Below are positions 1 through 7,066 of a stretch of 11,457 nucleotides of DNA, in pieces. The stretch is taken from assembly GCA_964244895.1 (NCBI GenBank), contig CAXTKV010000096.1, positions 1 through 11,457 on the forward strand. The letters are read 5' to 3'. Numbering within the stretch: the stretch's first letter is position 1; every line of letters begins with the position of its first letter. The notes under the pieces were generated by a model that saw nothing but the letters and a program-made list of their open reading frames with translations, was not told the DNA's origin and did no database searches. The DNA comes from an uncultured Deinococcales bacterium. Lineage in GTDB: Bacteria > Deinococcota > Deinococci > Deinococcales > JAAFIG01. The translations under genes were made by a program, and so were the position numbers.

Positions 1-860
1 CTGAGGGCGTCATCCTGTTTTTCAATCGGTTTCAAACCATCCGCGAACACCGCCTGCACGCCTTCGAGCAGGCCCGCGAAACGAATCGGGTGCAAGCGCG
101 CCAGGTGCGCCAGGAGCGCATCGAAAGCCTCCAGGGCTTTGACGCCGGGGTACGCCTCGAACGCCTCGACCAACCGCGCAGGCTCGAGCGGGCGCGGGGC
201 GGACAAACCTTCGCGGTGACGGTAATCCGGGCCGTCGATCCTGATGGCGAAAAAACGCGCAGCGATGCCCTGAATCTCGCGTTTGAAATCGTCCGCGTTG
301 AAACGCCCCTCACCCAACTGGCTGGGCAGCGTGTTCGAGGTGGCGACCACGCTGACGCCTTTGGGGATCAGTTCGCCCAGGAATCTCGAGACGACCAGCG
401 TGTTGCCCACGTCGTCCAGCTCGAATTCGTCGATGCACAAAAGTTTCGCGTTTGAGAAAGCTTCCACCGCCCGAATCATGCCGAGCGCGCCGATGGTGAA
501 GGTCAATTCGGCGAAACTGAGAAAGAATTTCTCACCCGTGAAGGCGTGCCAGGTGGCCGCCAACAGGTGCGTCTTGCCGACGCCGAAACCGCCATCCAGG
601 TACAGGCTGGGGCGAGGTTCTTTGCGTTTGAAGATGGCGAAACCGCGCTTTTCTGCCGCTTCCGCCACCAGTTTCTCGAGCCTCGTCCTGGCCTCGGATT
701 GGCTGGGAAATTGCGGGTTCGGAACGTAATTCTCGAAGCGCACACCCGCGAATCTCGGCGGTGGGCGGAAATGCTCGAGCAGGCGCTCCGGGTCTGCGGG
801 CGCATCGCGTTCGGTCAGCCGAACCACGCGTCCCTGCGAGGGTTGTTGCTGCATCCGCAC
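1..860 (-). CDS. zapE: AFG1/ZapE-family ATPase, 5' part; runs off the left edge of the window
   Basis: Not in the ORF track because it has no stop inside the window. Hand translation from GTG 860 / ATG 854 gives MQQQPSQGRVVRLTERDAPADPERLLEHFRPPPRF...LYLDGGFGVGKTHLL (Walker A)...LLCIDEFELDDVGNT (Walker B)...VVATSNTLPSQLGEGRFNADDFKREI...IDGPDYRHR...QDDAL, typical of ZapE. Confidence 0.92.
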   Translation of the reverse strand, partial: MRMQQQPSQGRVVRLTERDAPADPERLLEHFRPPPRFAGVRFENYVPNPQFPSQSEARTRLEKLVAEAAEKRGFAIFKRKEPRPSLYLDGGFGVGKTHLLAATWHAFTGEKFFLSFAELTFTIGALGMIRAVEAFSNAKLLCIDEFELDDVGNTLVVSRFLGELIPKGVSVVATSNTLPSQLGEGRFNADDFKREIQGIAARFFAIRIDGPDYRHREGLSAPRPLEPARLVEAFEAYPGVKALEAFDALLAHLARLHPIRFAGLLEGVQAVFADGLKPIEKQDDAL

Positions 861-894
861 CGTTTGAAGCTAACACGCGATCCATCAACGTCAA
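861..894 (-). promoter_or_regulatory. Putative sigma70-type leaderless promoter of zapE
   Basis: Minus strand reads TTGACG-N16-TAGCTT-N6-GTG(860), with a TGn extension before the -10. No Shine-Dalgarno is visible. Confidence 0.55.
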
Positions 895-939
895 GCCCGT
901 TTTGAGCACGGTTTCTCAGGCTTTCCAGCGAATTCGAGC

Positions 940-991
940 CTCGAGAACACCGTCCAGCACGCATTCTTAGATTCGTGTGCTGGACGGTGTC
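940..991. repeat. CTCGAG-anchored intergenic palindrome, copy 1 (zapE/kptA, divergent gap)
   Basis: CTCGAG-AACACCGT(946-953)-N30-ACGGTGTC(984-991). Perfect 14-bp stem 947-960/977-990. Confidence 0.92.
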
Positions 992-1018
992 GTTCGATTC
1001 GCTTACGCCAGCGCGCGC

Positions 1019-1054
1019 TTGCGCAAGGCTTAAAGATTCGCGCAGACTGACGAT
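1019..1054 (+). promoter_or_regulatory. Putative leaderless promoter of kptA
   Basis: TTGCGC-N18-CAGACT-N6-ATG(1055), with no SD. Same geometry as the zapE and amidohydrolase starts. Confidence 0.4.
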
Positions 1055-1612
1055 ATGGAAAAGCACCTCGTCACCATCAGCAAAACCTTATCCAAGCACC
1101 TGCGGCACGAACCCGAAGCCCTCGGCCTGACGCTCGAGCATGGGGGTTGGGTCAACGTGGACGCCTTACTTGAGGCATTTTCTCGCAAAGGCTTTGATCT
1201 GACACGCGAGGAACTCGAGGTCGTCGTCGCCTCGAGCGACAAGCAGCGTTTCAGCTTCGATGCCACCCGCAAACACATCCGCGCCAACCAGGGTCACAGC
1301 GTCGAAGTTGACCTCGGACTCGAGCCCATTGAACCGCCGGAAACGCTGTATCACGGCACGGCCAAAGCGAACCTGACTGCGATTCTCGAGACTGGATTGC
1401 GACGCATGAACCGCCACCACGTTCACCTGTCCCACGATACGGAAACTGCGATCCGCGTCGGGTCGAGGCACGGCGAGCCCGTCGTGCTGAAGGTGCATGC
1501 GAAAGCCATGAATGACGCCGGGTTCGCGTTCTACCGTTCAGAAAACGGCGTCTGGCTCACCGATGTCGTACCAGCTGAATACCTGAGCCTCGAGCAATTC
1601 CAAAATGTTTGA
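1055..1612 (+). CDS. kptA: RNA 2'-phosphotransferase, Tpt1/KptA family (NAD+-dependent)
   Basis: 185 aa with SKxLSxHLRH, GGWV, KQRF, IRANQGHS, LYHGT, RHHVHLS and NGVWLT motifs. Confidence 0.96.
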   Translation: MEKHLVTISKTLSKHLRHEPEALGLTLEHGGWVNVDALLEAFSRKGFDLTREELEVVVASSDKQRFSFDATRKHIRANQGHSVEVDLGLEPIEPPETLYHGTAKANLTAILETGLRRMNRHHVHLSHDTETAIRVGSRHGEPVVLKVHAKAMNDAGFAFYRSENGVWLTDVVPAEYLSLEQFQNV

Positions 1613-1629
1613 TCAGAAACGAGGTGAGC

Positions 1630-1899
1630 GTGCAGAACTACGTCTGCTTCAATTGCCGGACAACGGCCAGAAGACCCAACAACCATGTGGATGGACGACC
1701 CTCAGGCCAAGGCGATCACCCATGTCCAACCTGTGGTCGGCTTATGGTGCGAACCCATCCATCGACTGAAGCCCCGAAGAAACGCGACATCAAAAGTTGG
1801 CGAAACCTCCAGGAGTGGTACACGAACCCCATCAGATACGATCACTCTTCAGAAGGTGCATTGTTGCTTCGCAAATTGTTGAAGAGACGAACACAGTGA
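1630..1899 (+). CDS. Small hypothetical Zn-ribbon protein (CxxC...CPxCG)
   Basis: GAGGTG RBS at 1621-1626, then GTG 1630 (TTG 1609 is an alternative start). YVCFNCR...CPTCGRLM...APKKRDIKSW. About 53% GC by hand count over 1621-1920. Confidence 0.7.
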   Translation: MQNYVCFNCRTTARRPNNHVDGRPSGQGDHPCPTCGRLMVRTHPSTEAPKKRDIKSWRNLQEWYTNPIRYDHSSEGALLLRKLLKRRTQ

Positions 1900-1944
1900 G
1901 GGCTTTTCGTTTCGAGATTGCAGGTTTTCGAGTCTCGAGTAAGA

Positions 1945-1998
1945 CGAGAACACCGTCTGGTACGCGTCCTCGAGAATGCGTCTACGACGGTATTCTTA
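1945..1998. repeat. CTCGAG-anchored palindrome, copy 2 (convergent gap)
   Basis: CGAG-AACACCGT(1949-1956)-N30-ACGGTATT(1987-1994)-CTTA. CTCGAG 1969-1974 sits exactly on the dyad axis. The right end overlaps the TAA stop of the amidohydrolase. Confidence 0.88.
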
Positions 1999-3240
1999 AT
2001 CTCGTGACGCGATCCAAGCCATCGTCTTCGAGGCCAGTTTGTCAAAGGCTCGCACGCACAACTCGAGGTGGTCCTCTTTGGTGTCCTCGATCTTGTTATG
2101 GCTGATGCCGCGCAGGGATTGCACGAACATCATCACGGTCGGGATGCCCGCGCGTGAAACCTCCGCTGCGTCGTGCAGGGGGCCGCTGGGCAGCTTGTGG
2201 GACGTGGGAACCGTCTCGAGAATCGCGTCGTTGCAGAACCCGATCAAGTCCGGGTGGAACGGGATGGGCTGTATATCCCAGATGCGCGACCATTCCACGG
2301 TGCAGCCCTCCTCTTTTGCGAAGCGTTCGCTGGCCGCCACCGCTTCGCCGTACATCGCCGCCAGCGTGCCCGCGTCCAGGTCGCGCTGATCGAGCGTCAG
2401 CTCAGCGCGTCCCACGACCGCCGTAACGATGCCGGGAAAGGTCTTGAGGCTGCCGACCGTGCAGACGGCATCCTGGCGTTTTTTCGCAATTTCTCTGATC
2501 TCGAGCGCGAACTTCGCGCCCGCGCCCAATGCGTCCTTGCGCTGCGTCATCGGCGTGCTGCCCGAGTGCGCCTCCTGCCCGAAGAACGTGATCGCGTGCC
2601 GTTCGACACCTTTCGTGCCCAGCACCACGCCCAGAGGCAGATTCAGGCTCTCGAGCACCGGGCCTTGCTCGATGTGCAACTCGATGTAGGCCGCCGCGTT
2701 CCTTTTGGCCTTTCCAGCCTCGAGCGCTTTGTCCAGGTCAATCCCGAAGGGTTTCACCGCATCCTCGAGCCTGACGCCGTCCTTGTCCTTGCGGTCGCGC
2801 AGATCCGCCGGATCGAAGAATCCGGAGACGGCAGAAGACCCGAACAGCGACCGCCCGAACCTCGCGCCTTCCTCGTCGCACCAGTCCACCAGGCGCACCG
2901 TCACAGGTGGTTTGCCATCGTACTGATCATCGATGCGCCGCAGCACTTCCAGGCCCGCCAGCACGTTCAGGCAGCCGTCCAGCCAGCCGCCGTTCGGCAC
3001 GCTGTCCAGGTGACCGCCGATCCAGAGTTCGCGGTCTGAAGCACCCGGAAGCGTCACCCAGAGGTTGCCCGCCTCGTCCTGATCCGTGGTCACGGGCAAG
3101 CCCTCGAGTTTCGACTCGAAGAACGCTCGAGCTTTCGCCCAGGTGTCCGTGAAGGCCACGCGCTGCGCGCCGTTCTCGTCGCCCGTGAGTGCCCGCAATT
3201 CCTTGAGTTCCGCCACCGTGCGCTTGGGATCGAGGGTCAT
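1996..3240 (-). CDS. Zn-dependent M20 amidohydrolase, hydantoinase/carbamoylase family; probably beta-ureidopropionase (PydC/HyuC-like) from context
   Basis: GGHLDSVPNGGWLDG, DEEGARFG, ELHIEQGPVL, AHSGSTPM, SGPLHDA and GISHN motifs. Start placed at ATG 3240 (MTLDPKR). Divergent from preT-preA. Confidence 0.88.
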   Translation of the reverse strand: MTLDPKRTVAELKELRALTGDENGAQRVAFTDTWAKARAFFESKLEGLPVTTDQDEAGNLWVTLPGASDRELWIGGHLDSVPNGGWLDGCLNVLAGLEVLRRIDDQYDGKPPVTVRLVDWCDEEGARFGRSLFGSSAVSGFFDPADLRDRKDKDGVRLEDAVKPFGIDLDKALEAGKAKRNAAAYIELHIEQGPVLESLNLPLGVVLGTKGVERHAITFFGQEAHSGSTPMTQRKDALGAGAKFALEIREIAKKRQDAVCTVGSLKTFPGIVTAVVGRAELTLDQRDLDAGTLAAMYGEAVAASERFAKEEGCTVEWSRIWDIQPIPFHPDLIGFCNDAILETVPTSHKLPSGPLHDAAEVSRAGIPTVMMFVQSLRGISHNKIEDTKEDHLELCVRAFDKLASKTMAWIASRD

Positions 3241-3276
3241 GCGGTGATTCTGTTGCGCTCGGGGCACCCCTGTCAA
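3241..3276 (-). promoter_or_regulatory. Putative leaderless promoter of the amidohydrolase
   Basis: Minus strand reads TTGACA-N18-CAGAAT-N6-ATG(3240), with no SD. Confidence 0.6.
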
Positions 3277-3292
3277 CCTCGAGCACGATTTA

Positions 3293-3357
3293 CGAGAACA
3301 CCGTCCCAGACAGCGTTTCTCGAGATGCGAAGAATACCGTGCTGGACGGTATTCTTC
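3293..3357. repeat. CTCGAG-anchored palindrome, copy 3 (divergent gap), carrying an internal insertion
   Basis: AACACCGT(3297-3304)...CTCGAG(3319-3324)...ACGGTATT(3346-3353). The spacer is 41 nt, mainly because of an extra GAAGAATACC. Perfect 12-bp hairpin 3329-3340/3346-3357. Confidence 0.85.
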
Positions 3358-3402
3358 AGGATAGGTTTCTCAGGATCGCGCGTCCTGAACGATGTTCTCG
3401 CG

Positions 3403-3432
3403 TTGACAGGGCCGCGATAAAATCCGTATATT
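3403..3432 (+). promoter_or_regulatory. Putative sigma70 promoter of preTA
   Basis: TTGACA(3403-3408)-N18-TATATT(3427-3432), followed by a leader of about 110 nt and AAGGAGG at 3533-3539. Confidence 0.6.
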
Positions 3433-3549
3433 CGTTCAATCCACAGAGGTTAATTCGGCTCCCGCGAGAGTCCGAACCTCGGCCACAGCCCGCGCATCAC
3501 AGGCTCACGCTCGAGATTCGACCCACGCACTCAAGGAGGCGATCTTTTT

Positions 3550-4905
3550 TTGAGGCCCGACACGTCCAGACTGACACCCGCGCAACTCCAGGAAAACTTC
3601 AGCGAGTACCACGCGCCATTCACCGACCGCGAAGCCGTGATCGAGGCCACGCGCTGCCTGTTCTGCTACGACGCACCCTGCACGCACGCCTGCCCGACGC
3701 ACATCGACATCCCGAAATTCATCAAGAAAATCAGCACCCGGAACGTGCGCGGTTCGGCACGCGTGATCCTGGAGAGCAACTTTCTGGGTTCCACCTGCGC
3801 CCGCGTCTGCCCCGTCGAGGAACTCTGCGAGGGCGCGTGCGTGCTGGGTTCCGACCACAAACCGATCGCGATCGGACGCCTGCAACGCTACGCCACGGAT
3901 CACGTGCTGGACAACAAGATTGACCTGTTCAAACCCGGCCAACCGACCGAAAAGAAAGTGGTCGTGGTCGGCGCTGGCCCGGCTGGTTTATCCGCCGCCG
4001 CCGAACTCGCCAAGCTGGGCCATCGGGTCACGATCCTCGAGAAAAAACCGCTCGCGGGCGGGTTGTCCACCTACGGCATCGTCGTGTTCCGCGAACCTGT
4101 CGAGGTTTCCCTGGCTGAAGTCCAGATGGTCGAGCGCTTGGGCGTCGAGGTCAAAACCGGCGTGAGCGTCGGCGCGGACGTGAGCCTCGAGAGCCTGACC
4201 TCAAATTACGATGCAGTCTTCCTGGGCGTGGGCCTCGGGAAAGTCCCGACGCTCGCCATTCCCGGACAGAACCTGCCCGGCGTGGTGGACGGCATCGAGT
4301 TCATCGAGCGCACCAAAACCGACGCGCTCGAGACGATCCCCGTCGGCAACAAGGTCGCCGTGATCGGCGCGGGCAACACCGCCATAGACGCCGCCACCAT
4401 CGCCAAACGGTTGGGCGCGGAGCAGGTCGTGATGATCTACCGACGCACACCCGACCAGATGACCGCCTACGGTTTCGAGTACGAATTTGCCAAACGCGAG
4501 GGCATCGAATACCGCTTCCTGACCGCGCCAGTCAGCGTGCAGGGCGAATCCGGCGTGACGGGTCTCGAGTGCCTGAGAATGCAACTCGGAGCGCCCGACG
4601 CGTCCGGAAGACCGCGCCCGGAACCGATCCCCGGCTCGAATTTTATTCTCGAGTGCGACATGGTGATCAGCGCGATCGGGCAGGAAAAACAGACGAGCTT
4701 GGCTGAACAGTTGGGACTTGAGATCAAAAACGGTTACGTCGTGGTCGATCCCAAGACCTGCCAGACCTCGAGCGCGAAGGTGTTCGCCGGTGGCGACTGC
4801 GTGCGCTTGGTCGGTGACGCCAGCACCGTCATGGCCGTACAGGACGGCAAGATTGCGGCACGCGGCATTCACGCGATGCTCGAAACTGAGGTGCATCATG
4901 GCTGA
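3550..4905 (+). CDS. preT: NAD-dependent dihydropyrimidine dehydrogenase subunit PreT (GltD-like Fe-S flavoprotein)
   Basis: CLFCYDAPCTHACP and CARVCPxxxLCEGAC Fe-S motifs, GAGPAG and GAGNTAIDAA Rossmann motifs, VFAGGD. TTG start after AAGGAGG. Overlaps preA by 8 bp. Confidence 0.9.
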   Translation: MRPDTSRLTPAQLQENFSEYHAPFTDREAVIEATRCLFCYDAPCTHACPTHIDIPKFIKKISTRNVRGSARVILESNFLGSTCARVCPVEELCEGACVLGSDHKPIAIGRLQRYATDHVLDNKIDLFKPGQPTEKKVVVVGAGPAGLSAAAELAKLGHRVTILEKKPLAGGLSTYGIVVFREPVEVSLAEVQMVERLGVEVKTGVSVGADVSLESLTSNYDAVFLGVGLGKVPTLAIPGQNLPGVVDGIEFIERTKTDALETIPVGNKVAVIGAGNTAIDAATIAKRLGAEQVVMIYRRTPDQMTAYGFEYEFAKREGIEYRFLTAPVSVQGESGVTGLECLRMQLGAPDASGRPRPEPIPGSNFILECDMVISAIGQEKQTSLAEQLGLEIKNGYVVVDPKTCQTSSAKVFAGGDCVRLVGDASTVMAVQDGKIAARGIHAMLETEVHHG

Positions 4906-6274
4906 TCTGAGCATTGACTTTTGCGGCATCAAATCCCCGAACCCGTTCTGGCTGGCCTCCGCACCACCCACCAACAGCGGCGCACAAATCCACAAAGCGT
5001 TCGAGGCGGGCTGGGGCGGCGCGGTCTGGAAGACCATCGGCGCGCCCGTGCTGAACGTCTCCAACCGTTACGGCACGGTCAAGTACAACGGTCAGATCAT
5101 CGGGTTGAACAACGTCGAACTGATCTCGGATCGACCCCTCGAGATCAACCTGAAAGAAATCGCGGAGATCAAGAAACTCTGGCCCGACCGCGCCGTGATC
5201 GCCTCCGCGATGGTGGAAAGCACGCCCGAAGCCTGGAAGGAAATCATCCAGCAGATCGAGGACACCGGCGCGGACGGCATCGAACTGAACTACGGGTGCC
5301 CGCACGGCATGTCTGAGCGCGGCATGGGCGCGGCGGTCGGGCAAGTCCCCGAATACTGCGAGCAGATCACGTCGTGGGTCACGTCATACGCCAGCATCCC
5401 GGTAATTGTGAAACTCACGCCGAACGTCACGGACATCTCGTACCCGGCGCGGGCAGCGGTGGCGGGTGGGGCGCACGCGTTAAGCCTGATCAACACGATC
5501 AATTCGATCGTCGGCGTCAACCTGGACACCTTTGAACTCGAGCCGAACATCGGCGGCAAGGGCGGGCACGGTGGCTACGCGGGGCCAGCCGTCAAACCGA
5601 TCGCGCTGCACCTGATGTCGCAAGTGGCGCTGACCGACGCGGTCGTGGCGAAGAAACTGCCGATCTCCGGCATGGGCGGCATCATGAACTGGAAGGACGC
5701 CGCCGAGTTCTTGCTGATGGGCGCGACCAGTTTGCAGGTCTGCACCGCCGCGATGCTCTACGGCTACCGCATCGTGGAAGACATGATCGATGGCTTATCC
5801 AACTGGCTCGACGAGAAGGGCATCGGCAGCGTCAACCAGATCATCGGCGCGTCCTTGCCGCGCATCTCTGATTTCGGGGATTTCGACCTGGGCTTCAAGA
5901 CGGTCGCGCGGATCGACCAGAATTCGTGCATCCAGTGCGATCTGTGCTACATCGCCTGCAACGACACGGAACACCAGTGCATCGATTTGTACAAAGATGG
6001 CGAGTTGGTCATGCCCGGACACGACATCCGCGACAACGGCAGAATGACCGCCACCACAAGCCGACCCTTCCCCGTGATCCGCGAGCAGGACTGCGTGGGT
6101 TGCGACCTGTGCTACAACGTCTGCCCGGTCGAGGGCTGCATCGAGATGGTGCAGGTTCCATCCGGGCGCGAGGGCATGACCTGGCGGCAACTGAGCGCGG
6201 ATCGGCCAGAGGTCACGCAGGACTGGGAAGCCATGAAAGCCTTCCGCAAGGAAGTCGGCATCGACATTCACTGA
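4898..6274 (+). CDS. preA: NAD-dependent dihydropyrimidine dehydrogenase subunit PreA
   Basis: ATG 4898 after GAGGTG. NPFWLASAPPT, GWGGAVWKT, NYGCPHGMSERGMG, VKLTPN and LINT motifs, plus two C-terminal CxxCxxCxxxC ferredoxin motifs. Confidence 0.96.
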   Translation: MADLSIDFCGIKSPNPFWLASAPPTNSGAQIHKAFEAGWGGAVWKTIGAPVLNVSNRYGTVKYNGQIIGLNNVELISDRPLEINLKEIAEIKKLWPDRAVIASAMVESTPEAWKEIIQQIEDTGADGIELNYGCPHGMSERGMGAAVGQVPEYCEQITSWVTSYASIPVIVKLTPNVTDISYPARAAVAGGAHALSLINTINSIVGVNLDTFELEPNIGGKGGHGGYAGPAVKPIALHLMSQVALTDAVVAKKLPISGMGGIMNWKDAAEFLLMGATSLQVCTAAMLYGYRIVEDMIDGLSNWLDEKGIGSVNQIIGASLPRISDFGDFDLGFKTVARIDQNSCIQCDLCYIACNDTEHQCIDLYKDGELVMPGHDIRDNGRMTATTSRPFPVIREQDCVGCDLCYNVCPVEGCIEMVQVPSGREGMTWRQLSADRPEVTQDWEAMKAFRKEVGIDIH

Positions 6275-6283
6275 AGTAGAAGA

Positions 6284-6341
6284 CTCGAGAACACCGTCCA
6301 AGACGCAAATTTAATAACGTGTGCAGGACGGTGTTCTCGAG
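6284..6341. repeat. CTCGAG-anchored palindrome, copy 4 (preA/uma2, tandem gap); best-preserved ends
   Basis: Perfect 16-bp terminal inverted repeats CTCGAGAACACCGTCC (6284-6299) and GGACGGTGTTCTCGAG (6326-6341). 58 bp long, N30 core spacer, AT-rich centre. Confidence 0.95.
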
Positions 6342-6394
6342 CCGCAGCCCTGATCTACGCGATGCGATTACAATCTGAGCAACAGGAGGACGCC

Positions 6395-6988
6395 ATGACC
6401 TCGATACTCGAACCAACCCCCACGGATTCGACGGACATTGAACCGCACCGATTCACCGTCGCGGAATTTCAGAAAATGTACGAGCTCGAACTCGTGCCAC
6501 GGCGCAGCCAACTGATCCGAGGGGAGATTTACTTCATGGCCGCGATGGGCGCAGCGCATTCCGATGCACTTCGGATTCTCGGCAAGATGATGTACCGCGC
6601 GTTGATTGATCGTGCCGAAATCATCCAGCAATCTCCGATTACTATCTGGAACGACTCGCAACCCGAACCGGATTTTGGGCTGATCGAGCCGGATTACCCA
6701 GGCGGTGTCCCCAACGCCAAAGACGTGATGCTCACGATTGAAATCAGCGATTCCACCCTGAAGTTTGACCGTCAGAAGAAACTGCCCGACTACGCCCGTT
6801 CCAGCATTCCCGAATCATGGATTCTGAACTTGAACGAGCGCCATCTCGAGGTTTACCGCCAACCCGATGGCGAGCAGTATTTGCAAGTTCAGGTTGTGAA
6901 ACCCGAGACCTTGATTGCGCCATTGTTCGCGCCGGATGTGATGCTCGAGTGGTGGCACGCGCTCACGGAAGTCAAACCCGAAGAGTGA
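6395..6988 (+). CDS. Uma2/DUF820-family PD-(D/E)xK putative endonuclease
   Basis: AGGAGG then ATG 6395. HRFTVAEF, QLIRGEI, QPEPD, IEISDST and KLPDYARSSIPESWILNL motifs. A TACAAT -10 candidate lies at 6369-6374. Confidence 0.92.
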   Translation: MTSILEPTPTDSTDIEPHRFTVAEFQKMYELELVPRRSQLIRGEIYFMAAMGAAHSDALRILGKMMYRALIDRAEIIQQSPITIWNDSQPEPDFGLIEPDYPGGVPNAKDVMLTIEISDSTLKFDRQKKLPDYARSSIPESWILNLNERHLEVYRQPDGEQYLQVQVVKPETLIAPLFAPDVMLEWWHALTEVKPEE

Positions 6989-6994
6989 TGCACA

Positions 6995-7048
6995 AGAACA
7001 CCGTCCAGGACGTAGGGGAATATATGTGTATGGAACGGTGTTCTCGAG
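6995..7048. repeat. CTCGAG-anchored palindrome, copy 5 (uma2/hydrolase, tandem gap)
   Basis: AG-AACACCGT(6997-7004)-N30-ACGGTGTT(7035-7042)-CTCGAG. Confidence 0.9.
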
Positions 7049-7066
7049 ATAGGCGTGAGGATATTT

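Noticed and set aside
45..60. GAACACCGCCTGCACG resembling a palindrome arm inside zapE
   Set aside because: It needs an indel to align, has no partner arm, and is explained by the VQAVF codons.
32..970. ORF-track entries in the first 970 bp
   Set aside because: They are off-frame or antisense shadows of zapE or of the intergenic region.
1621..1930. Absence of CTCGAG in the Zn-ribbon gene and in 7049-7322 as proof of foreign origin
   Set aside because: Mean spacing is about 200 bp, and core genes have longer gaps (for example 5543-6283 in preA), so the absence is not significant.
940..3357. Repeats as simple Rho-independent terminators
   Set aside because: There are no U-tracts, and two copies lie between divergent promoters. 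A secondary role in termination or mRNA stability is not excluded.
6284..7048. Repeats as canonical integron attC sites
   Set aside because: AAC...GTT and the length are suggestive, but the flanks do not fit RYYYAAC/GTTRRRY. Copies 1-3 lack GTT at the symmetric position, there are no consistent extrahelical bases, gene orientations are mixed, and no intI is in the window.
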